From NCBI GenBank assembly GCA_963665325.3, contig OZ224045.1, positions 544,001-608,000 on the forward strand: a stretch of DNA of 64,000 nt. The letters run 5' to 3'. The DNA is from Alphaproteobacteria bacterium (lineage in GTDB: Bacteria; Pseudomonadota; Alphaproteobacteria; Bin95). Position numbers and translations under genes: made by a program. This document shows, piece after piece, positions 53,175 to 63,490 of this stretch; position 1 is the first letter of the stretch, and every line of letters begins with the position of its first letter. The notes beneath the pieces are model-generated. The model did not search any database and was not told where the DNA came from. It was given only the letters and a program-made list of their open reading frames with translations.

Positions 53175-54588
53175 ACGCAGGAAGATCGCGGCCGCTGTCG
53201 CCATGGGCATGCTGCTGACGGCGACCGTACCGGCCAGGGCCGACGTTCTCTCCGAGATGAACCGCTTCTGGCAGGGCGCGGCGGTGAACGCGACCGGCCC
53301 GACCGCGTTCAACGGCCAGGCCTCGGGCCACTGGACGCTCGGCAACCTCTATCTCCGCGCGCCGGTGCGCTCGGAGCAGGTCGCCACCGTGAGCCTGCCC
53401 TCGTTCCGCGCCGGCTGCGGCGGCATCGACGCCTTCGCCGGCGCGTTCTCGTTCATCAACAGCGACCAGCTCATCGCCTTCGGGCGCGCGGTGGCTCAGA
53501 ACGCCGCCGGCTTCGCCTTCGAGCTGGCCCTGGAGACCATCTCGCCGGTGATCGCCGAGACCATGGCAAAGCTCCGGGCGCTGGCGCAATGGGTCAACGG
53601 GCAGAACCTCAACAGCTGCGAGACCGCCCAGGCGCTGGTCGGCGCGCTCTGGTCGAAGAACGACCGGGCGAGCGCGTCGATCTGCGCCGCCATCGGCACC
53701 TCGCAGGGCATCTTCTCCGACTATGCCGCCGCGAAGCACGGCTGCGGCGCGGACGGCAAGAGGAACTCCACCCTGGCGTCGGCCTCCGGGGCGATGGCGG
53801 ACCAGGTGCCGGTCAATGTCAACTATGCCTGGAAGGCGATAAGGGCGTCGTCCTTCCTCTCGGGCGATGCCCAGCTCGCCGAGTTCGCCATGGCGGTCAC
53901 CGGCACGCTGATCGTCACCGCGCCCACCTCGGACGGCGACAACTCGGGGCCGCGAGTGCGTATCCTGGAGCCGCTGGCACTCGACCGGCGGGTGACGGAA
54001 GTGCTGATGGAGGGCGGCGGCAGCCTGCCCGTCTATCGCTGCGACACCAGTACCCTCTGCCTCAATCCCACTCTCGGCACGGTATCGATCCCCGCCGACC
54101 GGGGCTTCCGGGCGCGGGTGGCGGAATTGCTGCGCGACCTGGTCGATGCGGTCCGGAACGACACCGCCCCGCCCGCGCCGGCGCTCGGCCTGGTCAATCT
54201 CACCACGCTGCCGGTCTACCGGGTCGCCAACGCGGCCGCCGCATACAGGGGCGCGGTGGTCGACCAGGAGATGGACGCGCTCGCCGAGGCCGTGGCGCTC
54301 GACGTGATGCAGGTCTGGCTCTCGGACCTGCACCGCACGGTCGAGGAGCGCGCCGGCACGCTCGACATCGCCGACGGCGAGCAATTGCAGCGCTGGCGCG
54401 AGGGGCTCAGGTCCAACCGCACCGCGCTGGCGCGGCACCGCAATGAGGGTCTCGCCCGCTTCAACACCGCGCTCGCCGTGGTCGAGAAGCTGCGCCTGAT
54501 CGAGACCGAGCTCGCCGGGGCGCTCTCCGCCGATCTCCGTGCCGCATTGGCCTTCGCACGCGGCGGCGCCGGGGCCGGGTCGCGGTAA
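53164..54588 (+). CDS. traH: TraH
   Basis: PSFRAGCGGIDAFAGAFSFIN, FELAL.T.SP, NSCE.A. Confidence 0.92.
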   Translation: MTIERRKIAAAVAMGMLLTATVPARADVLSEMNRFWQGAAVNATGPTAFNGQASGHWTLGNLYLRAPVRSEQVATVSLPSFRAGCGGIDAFAGAFSFINSDQLIAFGRAVAQNAAGFAFELALETISPVIAETMAKLRALAQWVNGQNLNSCETAQALVGALWSKNDRASASICAAIGTSQGIFSDYAAAKHGCGADGKRNSTLASASGAMADQVPVNVNYAWKAIRASSFLSGDAQLAEFAMAVTGTLIVTAPTSDGDNSGPRVRILEPLALDRRVTEVLMEGGGSLPVYRCDTSTLCLNPTLGTVSIPADRGFRARVAELLRDLVDAVRNDTAPPAPALGLVNLTTLPVYRVANAAAAYRGAVVDQEMDALAEAVALDVMQVWLSDLHRTVEERAGTLDIADGEQLQRWREGLRSNRTALARHRNEGLARFNTALAVVEKLRLIETELAGALSADLRAALAFARGGAGAGSR

Positions 54589-54601
54589 CCCCCACTATAT
54601 A

Positions 54602-57502
54602 ATGTACGAGCTCTTCACCCTCGGCGGCGGCGCCTACCTGGTCGACCTGCTGAACGCGGTGGCGGCCATTACCGGCGGCGGGGCCTTCGTCAACCTCGCG
54701 CAGCTCGCCGGCATGGCCGGTCTCGCCTGGGTGCTGTTCCGCACCGCCTTCGGCGGCTCGTGGAAGGACAACGCGAAGTGGATGCTGCTCTTCGCCGCCG
54801 TCTGGGGCGCGATGATCGTGCCGAAGGCGACGGTGCGGGTGGTGGACCGGCTCGATCCGGCCCTGGCTCCGGCGGTGGTCGCCAACGTGCCCATCGGGCT
54901 CGCGCTGTTCGCCTCGCTTACATCGCAAGTGGGCGACGGTCTCACCCGTCTCACCGAACAGGCCTTCGCGCTGCCGAACGATCTCGCCTACCGCCGCCAC
55001 GGGCTGATCTTCGGCGCTAGGCTGGCCGGCAAGGCGACCCGGCTCGAAGTGACCGACGCGGTGTTCGCAAGGAACATCCGCAACTACGCAAGGCAGTGCG
55101 TCTTCCCCGCCCTGCTGCTGGGCCACGTCTCGGTGGACGATCTCAGGGAGAGCACCGATATCTGGCGGCTGGTGACGGCCACCGGCACGCCGTCCGCCGG
55201 GGCCTCGCCCGCGCGCATGGTCGAGTTCGCCACAAGGCAGGCGGCCTCGGGCACGGGCGCCACGACCGTGGACCGCACCATCGTCACCTGCCGCGATGCG
55301 GCGGGCAGGCTGAACGCGCAGTGGAACGCCGAGATCGCCCGCGCCGGCACGATCTTCGGGCGCAGGATATTCCCCGATGCAAGGACCGACGCGCTGGCCA
55401 GGGCCGAGCTGCTGGCGTCGCTGCCCGCCGCGCACGACTTCCTGATCGGCGCGTCGCGCTCGGCGGGCGAGATCATGCGCCAGCAGATGGTGCTGAACGC
55501 GGTCCACGACGCCGGCGAGCAATGGGCCGCCGAGGCCGGCAACGCCGCCGCCTTGCGGGCCTACACCGAGGCCAGGGCCGAAGCCCAGACCGTCTCCGCC
55601 TACCGCGCCATCGGACGGCAGGCCGAGACCTGGGTGCCCCTGCTCCGCATCGTCTTCGAATGCCTCTATGTCGGGGCGTTCCCGATGGCGGTGCTGCTGA
55701 TGCTGACGCCCGCGGGGGCGGCGATCTTCCGGTCCTACGTCACCGGGCTGGTCTGGCTCCAGTCCTGGGGACCGCTCTACGCCGTGCTGCACCGGATCTC
55801 GATGGGCGAGGCGGCGGAAAGGATGTCCGCCGCCACGGCGATGCCGAACGGTGAGATCGGCATCTCGCTGGTCGCCCAGGCCGGCATAAGGGCGGTCGCC
55901 GCCGATGTGGCGGTGATGTCGGGCTACCTCTCCATGTCGGTGCCCTTCCTCGCCGCCGCGCTGGCCTACGGCCTCTCCAAGGCGACGGTGCTCGCGACCT
56001 CGGTGCTGGCGGTCGGCCAGGACGCGGCCTCATCGGCGGCGCATGAGGGCACGACGGGCAATCTCTCCCTCTCCAACACCGGCTACGACAGCCACCGCTT
56101 CGGCACCCTGGAAGGCCGCCAGATCCGCACCTCGGCCCATGTCGATACCGACCGCTACACCGGCTATGCGCCGGCCGGGGCGGGGTTCACCGTTACCTCC
56201 GACGGCACGGCGGTCGTGGATGCCTCCTCCGCGACCAGCAGAATCCCGGCCGCCGGGGTGCGGATCTCGGAATCGCTGGCCACCAGCTACGAGACCCGCG
56301 CGGCGCAGGCCCGCTCGCTCGCCCGCAACTGGGACGTTCAGGTCGGCATGGCCAGGAACGCGGCCGTGACCGACGCGGCCGGGCTGGTGGAGCGCTACAG
56401 CCATGACGTGAATGTCGGCGAGGCGCACGCGCGCGGGGTGACGGAGAGCGAGAGCGCCCAGGTCCAGGCGCTCGAGTCGCACTACGAGAAGCTCGCCGAG
56501 ATCGGCGGCATCACGAAGAACCAGGCCGCGGTGTTGACCGGCGAGGCGAAGATCGGCGGCGGGTTCGAGAAGATCGTGCAGCTCGGCGCGAGCGGGACCG
56601 CGACCTGGCGCGGCGAGACCATCGAGTCCGACGCCTGGAACCGGGTCCGGGAATACGACCGTCAGCACGGGGTGACGGAGCTGTGGTCCAGCGTCTCGGA
56701 GGCGTCGCGGCGCTACTCGGCGGCGACCGGCGAGAGCGAGGCGGCCGCGCTGGAGGAGAGCCTCAACGCCAACCTGACGCGGATGCGCAGCTTCCAGGAG
56801 CGGGCCTCGATGGCGCGCCAGGAGTCCGAGAGCTGGTCGGAGCAGGAGGCGCAGGTCAGGAGCGATGCGCAGGCGATCGACCGCGACCTCGCCCAGCCCT
56901 TCTTCGCCTGGCTGTCGGAGCGGGAGGGCACGGACGGCCGCCCGATCGGCGCGGCCGGGGCCGCCGCCCTGATCTCGGTGCAGACGGCGGAGGACGCGGA
57001 GACCCTGCGCGAGCATGCCGCCGCGTTCGTCGCGGAGAAGTTCCCCGCGCCCGCGGGACCGGACCCGGCGTCGATCGGCGGCGCGGCGGAATACGGCGCG
57101 GCGCGCGACACGCTGTCGGAGGCCTATGGCCGCGAGACCGCGGCGGCCCATGCCGGCTGGTCGGAAGGCGTGCGCGACCGGGCGCGCGCGGCGGGAACGC
57201 CGCGGCCGGGCGGCGTGGCGGAGGATGCGATCCGGGAAGGCGCGCGGGCGGAGACCGACATGATCGTGCGCGCCAGCGCGCGCGAGGCGCGGACCGCGGT
57301 GACGCGGGACGACGCGCTGGAGGGCCGGGCCGGGGTCGCGGCGGAAACCGGGAAGCCCTTCGAGCACCATGCCACCGAGAACCTGCCCCTGATCGGCGGC
57401 TGGCTCGCCGGCAAGCTGTTCGGCACCGCGCGCAACGCCGCGCCGGACGGCGAGCAGCCGAAGACGATGCCTGCGCCGGACTGGGGAAACCAGTCGCCGT
57501 GA
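54602..57502 (+). CDS. traG: TraG (F-type, VirB6-like N-terminus)
   Basis: YELFTLGGG..L...LNAVA, VANVPIGLA, WLQSWGPLYAVL, GYL.MSVP.LA. Confidence 0.92.
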   Translation: MYELFTLGGGAYLVDLLNAVAAITGGGAFVNLAQLAGMAGLAWVLFRTAFGGSWKDNAKWMLLFAAVWGAMIVPKATVRVVDRLDPALAPAVVANVPIGLALFASLTSQVGDGLTRLTEQAFALPNDLAYRRHGLIFGARLAGKATRLEVTDAVFARNIRNYARQCVFPALLLGHVSVDDLRESTDIWRLVTATGTPSAGASPARMVEFATRQAASGTGATTVDRTIVTCRDAAGRLNAQWNAEIARAGTIFGRRIFPDARTDALARAELLASLPAAHDFLIGASRSAGEIMRQQMVLNAVHDAGEQWAAEAGNAAALRAYTEARAEAQTVSAYRAIGRQAETWVPLLRIVFECLYVGAFPMAVLLMLTPAGAAIFRSYVTGLVWLQSWGPLYAVLHRISMGEAAERMSAATAMPNGEIGISLVAQAGIRAVAADVAVMSGYLSMSVPFLAAALAYGLSKATVLATSVLAVGQDAASSAAHEGTTGNLSLSNTGYDSHRFGTLEGRQIRTSAHVDTDRYTGYAPAGAGFTVTSDGTAVVDASSATSRIPAAGVRISESLATSYETRAAQARSLARNWDVQVGMARNAAVTDAAGLVERYSHDVNVGEAHARGVTESESAQVQALESHYEKLAEIGGITKNQAAVLTGEAKIGGGFEKIVQLGASGTATWRGETIESDAWNRVREYDRQHGVTELWSSVSEASRRYSAATGESEAAALEESLNANLTRMRSFQERASMARQESESWSEQEAQVRSDAQAIDRDLAQPFFAWLSEREGTDGRPIGAAGAAALISVQTAEDAETLREHAAAFVAEKFPAPAGPDPASIGGAAEYGAARDTLSEAYGRETAAAHAGWSEGVRDRARAAGTPRPGGVAEDAIREGARAETDMIVRASAREARTAVTRDDALEGRAGVAAETGKPFEHHATENLPLIGGWLAGKLFGTARNAAPDGEQPKTMPAPDWGNQSP

Positions 57503-57516
57503 CGCGGCCGGTGCGT

Positions 57517-57870
57517 TCAGTTCCCGCGCATCAGCCGTTCGTGCTCCTCGTGGATGCGCATCCAGGCGTAGGAGCCGGTCCGGGTGCCCCAGTCGAAATC
57601 CTCGCCGCTTCCGTCGGCAGGCTCGTAGTTCCGGAACGCCGACCAGTCCCGGTGGCGCAAGCCCTGCCACAGGGCGGCGGCGAGGGCGGCGGCGACCGTC
57701 CAGGCGATCGCGGCCATCCAGAGGGGGCCGATGGCCTCCGTGCCGGATCCGGCCGCCAGCGACGCGGCGGAGTACAGTGCCGCCAGGGCGAACCCGCCGA
57801 GCACGAAGAGGCGCTCCCGCCAGGTGCTCGGGCGTTGCCGCCGGTCCGTGGATGTTCCCGTCATGTCCAT
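57517..57870 (-). CDS. Small 2-TM membrane protein convergent with traG (entry-exclusion candidate)
   Basis: GGAGGA RBS; two hydrophobic helices and a polar tail; stop codon 14 nt from the traG stop. Confidence 0.6.
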   Translation of the reverse strand: MDMTGTSTDRRQRPSTWRERLFVLGGFALAALYSAASLAAGSGTEAIGPLWMAAIAWTVAAALAAALWQGLRHRDWSAFRNYEPADGSGEDFDWGTRTGSYAWMRIHEEHERLMRGN

Positions 57871-58004
57871 GGTCCTCCATCATACCGGCGCCGGCGCGGA
57901 TTGCAGCCGCCGCCCGCCTCGGGCGCGACGCTCTCCGGCCCCGCCTTCTTCGGCCCGCGCCCCGCCGGCCTCCGGCTCCTTGCGGCGCGGCCCGCGATGC
58001 GGCG

Positions 58005-60125
58005 ATGATCCGGGGCGTCGGCGGCAGCACGCTCAGGGGCGGCCAGACCGTCTTCCACGGCATCCGCATGTGGGGCCAGCTGTTCCAGGCCGCGCTGCTG
58101 TTCGCCGCCTTCACCACCGTCGCCGTCCCGGCCTGGAACCTCTGGCATTCGACCTCGGGCGCGGAGTGGTATGCCGCCGGCATGGTGACGCTCGCGGAGT
58201 CGAAGCTCGCGCTCGGCTACGAGCGGGACTCGGGACAGGAGATCCGCTTCCCCGACGGCACGCGGCGCGTGCTCGCCATCCGCGACATCGCGTCGTCGGT
58301 GCCGGCGCTCGAGGCGCGCGAGAAGATCCTCGCCGAAATACTGGCGAGCGCCTGGCTCGGCCTGAAGACCGGCGGCGGGCTGATCGCGCTCTTCCTCGCC
58401 GTCTTCTGGTATCGCGGCGTGCAGCTCGGGCGGCAGAGACGGATCCGGGGCGCGGAACTGGTCACCGGGGCCGAACTGCATCGCCGGGTGCGGCCGCCCC
58501 ATCTGCGCCTGCTCGACCGCGCGCCGGGCGCGGCACGAACGCGGCCCTGGCGCATCGCCGGCATCCCGTATCCGGAGCGGACCGAGACCCAGCACACGAT
58601 CGTCTCCGGCACCACGGGCTCGGGCAAGACCGTGCTGATCTCGGACCTGGTGGCCCAGATCCGCGCGAAGGGCGAGCGCTGCGTGATCTACGACAAGATG
58701 GGCAGCTTCACCGCGACCTTCTTCGATCCCGCCCGCGACGTGCTGATGAACCCGCTGGATGCCAGGGCGCCCTGCTGGTCGCCCTTCCTCGAAGCCAGGA
58801 ACCCCCGCGACTTCGACATGATGGCCGCGGCCCTGATCCCGCAGCAGAAGGACACGGTCGATCCCTTCTGGGTGACGGCGGCACGCCAGCTCTTCGCCAA
58901 CGGCGCGGGCGTGCTGCGCGAGAAGGGCGTCACGCAGAACCGGGTGCTGGTCGAGCACCTGCTCAAGACCGACCTCACCGCGCTCGCCCAGGCGATGGAG
59001 GGCACGGTCGCGCAGTCGATCGTCGATCCCGAGAACCCCAAGACCGCGCTCAGCGTGCGCGCCATGCTGACCGCCAACCTCGCCGCCTTCGAGTTCCTGC
59101 CCGACGAGGGCAGGCCCTTCTCGATCCGGGAGTGGATATCCCGGGAGCGGCAGGACGGGTTCCTGTTCCTGACCTCGCGCGGAGACCAGCACGCCAGTCT
59201 GCGCGGGCTGATCTCGACCTGGCTGGAGATCGCGGTCAACGCCATGCTCTCGCTGGCGCAGGACGACGGCAGGCGCATTTGGGTGATCCTCGACGAGCTG
59301 CCGACGCTCCACCAGGTGCCCTCGCTCCAGCCGGGCCTCGCCGAATCCCGCCAGTTCGGCGGCTGCTTCGTGCTCGGCGTCCAGGTCGCTTCGGCGCTGC
59401 GCGACCTCTACGGAAGGAACGGCGCGGAGACGATCTCCGGGCTCTGCGGTACGCGGGTGGTGCTGGCGGCGCCCGACCGCGACACCGCGCAGTGGTCGGC
59501 CGACAGCCTCGGGCGCAGCGAGATCGAGGAGGTGACGGAGGGCTACTCCTACGGCGCCAACACCATCCGCGACGGGGTCTCGCTCACGCCGCGCCGCGAA
59601 CTCAGGGCGCTGGCGCTGCCGTCGGAGATCATGCGGCTGGAGAACCTCTCGGGCTATCTCAAGTTCCCCGGCCCCTTCCCGGTCGCCTCCGTCAGGCTCA
59701 AATACGTCGCCCGGCCGAAGGCGGCGGAGCGGTTCGTGCCGCGCAAGGACGATGGGGCAGAGCCCGGTGAAGCGCTTGCCACGGCACCCTCCAGAGATGA
59801 GGAAGTGACGATTCCGGAGCCGCCGGGCCCGGACGAGACCGGCCTGGCCGACGGCCCGGATACGCCCGAAATGCCCTCCGAGGCCGTGTCCCGGCAGGGC
59901 GAGCTGGCGCTGCTTCCCCTGCCGGGCGAGGCGGGGGATGTGCAACCGGAGGCCGCGGCGGACGAAACGGTGGACGGGGAAGCGCCGGAGAGCGAGGGCA
60001 AGGCGGCGGACGGCGATGGCGGAGCGCCCGCGCCGCGGGACGATGCGCCGGATGCCGGTTCGAGACCGGCTGACCCGCCGCGTTCTTCCGACGGCGGCAG
60101 CGGCCGCGGGTCCGACTGGGGCTGA
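58005..60125 (+). CDS. traD: Type IV coupling protein TraD
   Basis: RGGQ...H..RM, SGTTGSGKT, IYDK.G, FW...A, LDELPTL, ESRQFGG. Confidence 0.92.
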   Translation: MIRGVGGSTLRGGQTVFHGIRMWGQLFQAALLFAAFTTVAVPAWNLWHSTSGAEWYAAGMVTLAESKLALGYERDSGQEIRFPDGTRRVLAIRDIASSVPALEAREKILAEILASAWLGLKTGGGLIALFLAVFWYRGVQLGRQRRIRGAELVTGAELHRRVRPPHLRLLDRAPGAARTRPWRIAGIPYPERTETQHTIVSGTTGSGKTVLISDLVAQIRAKGERCVIYDKMGSFTATFFDPARDVLMNPLDARAPCWSPFLEARNPRDFDMMAAALIPQQKDTVDPFWVTAARQLFANGAGVLREKGVTQNRVLVEHLLKTDLTALAQAMEGTVAQSIVDPENPKTALSVRAMLTANLAAFEFLPDEGRPFSIREWISRERQDGFLFLTSRGDQHASLRGLISTWLEIAVNAMLSLAQDDGRRIWVILDELPTLHQVPSLQPGLAESRQFGGCFVLGVQVASALRDLYGRNGAETISGLCGTRVVLAAPDRDTAQWSADSLGRSEIEEVTEGYSYGANTIRDGVSLTPRRELRALALPSEIMRLENLSGYLKFPGPFPVASVRLKYVARPKAAERFVPRKDDGAEPGEALATAPSRDEEVTIPEPPGPDETGLADGPDTPEMPSEAVSRQGELALLPLPGEAGDVQPEAAADETVDGEAPESEGKAADGDGGAPAPRDDAPDAGSRPADPPRSSDGGSGRGSDWG

Positions 60126-60126
60126 C

Positions 60127-63100
60127 ATGCTGTCGATCGGCGCGCTCTCATCGGCGGCCCAGGGCGCGTCCTACTACGAGCGGGATGGCTATTACGCCAA
60201 GGACGATCCCGAGCACCGCGACGCCAGCGACTGGGCCGGCAAGGGAGCGGAAGAGCTCGGGCTGACGGGTCCGGTCGATCCCGCGACCTTCCGGGCGGTG
60301 CTCGAAGGCAAGGTGCCCGACGGCTCCGGCACCGAACTCGGCCGCCGCGGCAAGGATGGAGAGATCCTCCACCGTCCCGGACGGGACCTGACCTTCAGCG
60401 CGCCCAAGTCCGTCTCACTCGCCGCGCTGGTCGGCGGCGACAGGCGCATCGTGGAGGCGCACGACCGCGCCGTGGCGGCGACACTCGCCTGGATCGAGAA
60501 GAACGCCGCCGAGACCCGCATGAAGGCTCCCGATACCGGGCGCATGGCGCGGGTGGGCAACCAGAAGATCGTCGCCGCCACCTTCCGGCATGACACCTCG
60601 CGCAACCTCGATCCCCAGCTTCACACCCACGCGGTGCTGGCCAACATGGTCAAGGGCGAGGACGGCAAGTGGCGCTCGATGGCCAACGAGAGCCTTTATG
60701 CGAACCAGAAGCTGATCGGGATGCTCTACCGCAACGAGCTCGCTGCCGGTCTGGAGAGGCTCGGCTACGACATCGAGAAGACCCATGCCGACGGGCGCTT
60801 CGAGATCGCGGGGGTATCGCGGGAAGCGGTCGAGGCGTTCTCGAGCCGCCGCGGCGAGATCGAGGCGGCGATGGAAGCGCGCGGCCTCGGCGCTTCGGCG
60901 GACAATCCGCGCATCGCCGAGCGCGCCGCTCTGATGACCCGGGCGAAGAAGCGCGACATCGACCGCGCCGAGCTCGGGAGCGTGTGGCAGCGCCAGGCCG
61001 CCGATCTCGGCCTCGATCCTGGCGCGCTGGTCACCAACGCCATCGAACGATCCGGTCCGGCGGAACGGGAAGCGGCGCCCGAACCGGTCTCCGTGCCGCC
61101 GGACATTGGCGACGCGGGCCGGACAGGCACAGCGGTCATGGATGCGCCGTCGCGGGAACCGGCGCCCGCGGAAGACGGAGGACGCGCACCGGAACGCGAA
61201 ACCGCCCTTGACGCAACGCCGGCATCGCCCGCCGCGGAGGCGGTCGCCTGGGCGATGGCGCATCTCTCGGAGCGCGAGGCGGTGTTTTCCCGCACCGACC
61301 TGTTCGCGGCCGCGCTTGCCCATGCGCCCGGCGCCGTGGCGATCGGGGAGGTGGAGCGGGAAGTCGCGGCGCTGGAGAAGGCCGGGAGCCTGTACGCCGT
61401 CGACCTGCCCGGCGCCGAGACCTCCCTCGCGACCGACCGCACGGTGGGCGAGGAGCGCGAGGCGGTGGTGCTCATGCGCGGCGGCCAGGAGCGCGGCCGG
61501 GCGCCGATGCGCGGCTGGCAGGTCCAGGGACACCTCAACAAGGGACCGCTCACGGTCGGGCAGAAAGACGCGGTGAAGCTGATCCTGTCGGCCAAGGACC
61601 GGACGGTGGGCGTGCAGGGCTACGCCGGCACCGGCAAGACCACCATGCTGAACCGGGCGCGCACGCTGGCGGAGAAGAAGGGCTGGCGCATGGCGGGCCT
61701 CGCGCCCTCGGCCTCGGCGGCGCGGACGCTCGCCTCGGAGGCCGGCATTCCCACCGAAACCCTCCAGATGTTCCTCGCCCGCAATGCCGGGGTGGCCGAG
61801 GGCAGGCTTACGAAGAAGGGCGCGAGGGAGATGCGCGCCGCCTTCGCGAAGACGATCCTGGTGGTCGACGAGGGCTCGCTCGCCTCGACCGTGCAGGCGC
61901 GCGACCTGCTGCGCATAGCGGCCGAGCTGCGGATTCCCCGCGTTGTGCTGGTGGGCGATGCGAAGCAGCTCGACGCGGTGGACGCGGGGAAGCCTTTCGC
62001 CCAGCTCCAGGCCGCCGGCATGCAGACCGCCACGATGGACGAGATCATGCGCCAGCGCGATCCCGTGCTGAAGGAGGCGGTCGAGGCGAGCCTGAAGGGC
62101 GACATCGGACGCGCGTTCGAGAAGCTCGGGTCCAACGTCGCGGAGGTCAAACCCGACAATATCGCCGGCGCCGTCGCCGCGCGCTGGCTCCGGCTCGACG
62201 CGGAAGCGCGTGAGAACACCGGCGTCATGGCGCCCTCGCACCAGCTGCGGCAGGCGATCAACGGGCATATCCGCGAGCGCCTCGCCCGCGAAGGGCGCAT
62301 CCACGGGCCGAAGATGGAGAGCGAGAGGCTGGTGTCGATGGGCTACACCAACGCCGAGAAGGCGCTCGCCGGCAATTACGGCGTGGGCGACGTGGTGGCG
62401 TTCCACCGGCCCTACAAGCGGATCGGCGTCGAGAAGGGCGACGAGCGCCGCGTCATGGGCGTCGACCACAAGGCCCGTGCGGTGCTGCTCGACGACGGCA
62501 AGGGCGGCCGCGTCGCCTGGAAACCGGAGGGGATCGGCGGGCGCAAGGGCGGCAGCGAGGTCTATCGCGTGGAGGAGATCGAGCTCCGGGCCGGCGACCG
62601 CATCCGCTGGACCCGCAACGACGCCGGGCTCGGGCTGGTCAACAGCCGCACGGCGGAGGTGCTGAAGGTCGCCAACGGCCGGGTGACCTTCCGCCTGGAG
62701 GACGGCAAGACGCTCGATCTGGGCAAAAGCGACCCGCAGCTTCGCCATCTCGACCATGCCTGGGCGTCGACCGTGCATGCCTTCCAGGGCCGCACGGTCG
62801 ACAACGTGATCGCCGCAATGGAGGCGAGGCACCCGCATCTCACCACGCAGAAGAGCTTCTACGTCGAGGTCAGCCGCGCCCGCGACCGGGCCGAGCTGGT
62901 GACCGAGGACGCGGCCGAGCTCCGCGCCCAGCTCCAGGCCGCCACCGGTGAGCGCATCGCGGCGCTCGAAGGCATCGGCGAGATGAAGCGCGAGGCGCCG
63001 GACAAGGGCGCCGAAACGGCGCGACGGGACGGACGGCAGCGCGAACGCGAGACCGGAACCGGCACCGGAGAGGGCGCCGGCAAGGCGCGCGAAGGCATGA

Positions 63101-63171
63101 AGACGCCCGCAAAGACGCCGGAACCGCCGGTGCGCGACCGCGGCAAGGGAGGCATGGACCTTGGATTGTGA
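60127..63171 (+). CDS. traI: MOBF (TrwC/TraI) relaxase-helicase
   Basis: ASYYERDGYY, DLTFSAPKSVS, HDTSRNLDPQLHTH (HUH), FSSRR..I, QGYAGTGKT, VVDE, GD.KQL, QG.T, YV..SRAR. Confidence 0.93.
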   Translation: MLSIGALSSAAQGASYYERDGYYAKDDPEHRDASDWAGKGAEELGLTGPVDPATFRAVLEGKVPDGSGTELGRRGKDGEILHRPGRDLTFSAPKSVSLAALVGGDRRIVEAHDRAVAATLAWIEKNAAETRMKAPDTGRMARVGNQKIVAATFRHDTSRNLDPQLHTHAVLANMVKGEDGKWRSMANESLYANQKLIGMLYRNELAAGLERLGYDIEKTHADGRFEIAGVSREAVEAFSSRRGEIEAAMEARGLGASADNPRIAERAALMTRAKKRDIDRAELGSVWQRQAADLGLDPGALVTNAIERSGPAEREAAPEPVSVPPDIGDAGRTGTAVMDAPSREPAPAEDGGRAPERETALDATPASPAAEAVAWAMAHLSEREAVFSRTDLFAAALAHAPGAVAIGEVEREVAALEKAGSLYAVDLPGAETSLATDRTVGEEREAVVLMRGGQERGRAPMRGWQVQGHLNKGPLTVGQKDAVKLILSAKDRTVGVQGYAGTGKTTMLNRARTLAEKKGWRMAGLAPSASAARTLASEAGIPTETLQMFLARNAGVAEGRLTKKGAREMRAAFAKTILVVDEGSLASTVQARDLLRIAAELRIPRVVLVGDAKQLDAVDAGKPFAQLQAAGMQTATMDEIMRQRDPVLKEAVEASLKGDIGRAFEKLGSNVAEVKPDNIAGAVAARWLRLDAEARENTGVMAPSHQLRQAINGHIRERLAREGRIHGPKMESERLVSMGYTNAEKALAGNYGVGDVVAFHRPYKRIGVEKGDERRVMGVDHKARAVLLDDGKGGRVAWKPEGIGGRKGGSEVYRVEEIELRAGDRIRWTRNDAGLGLVNSRTAEVLKVANGRVTFRLEDGKTLDLGKSDPQLRHLDHAWASTVHAFQGRTVDNVIAAMEARHPHLTTQKSFYVEVSRARDRAELVTEDAAELRAQLQAATGERIAALEGIGEMKREAPDKGAETARRDGRQRERETGTGTGEGAGKAREGMKTPAKTPEPPVRDRGKGGMDLGL

Positions 63172-63490
63172 CGATTTGGGCAGGCGCGAATGCACCGGGC
63201 GGGCGCGTCTCGCCGTGCTCATCGACGGCGAGAACGCCAGCGCCCGCCATGTGCGGGCGGTGTTCGAATTCGCCGGAAAGATCGGCGAGGCCAGGGTGCG
63301 GCGCAGTTACGGCGACTTCACCCGGCTCGCCCAGCGGCTGCGGGAGGGCGGTCTGGCGGTCTACGGCTTCGGCGAGAGCAAGGCGCCGCAGGCGTTCCGG
63401 GCAGCCTGCCATCGCTTCGAAACCGTGGGAAAGGCCCGGAGCAGGGCACGCGAGCCGGGGCCGCAGTTTTTCCTGGAGCCGGATCGATGA
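63161..63490 (+). pseudogene. NYN (LabA/PIN-like) domain gene with internal in-frame deletion
   Basis: LAVLIDGENA...RRSYGDF joined directly to TRLAQRLREGG..VYGFGE.K.P..F..AC..F; the middle of the domain is absent. Confidence 0.7.

Noticed and set aside
33560-63222. Long minus-strand ORFs (e.g. 33560-38467, 44045-46717, 49924-52641, 60415-63222)
   Set aside because: Shadows of the autotransporter and tra genes; Arg/Pro/Ala-rich with no recognisable motifs.
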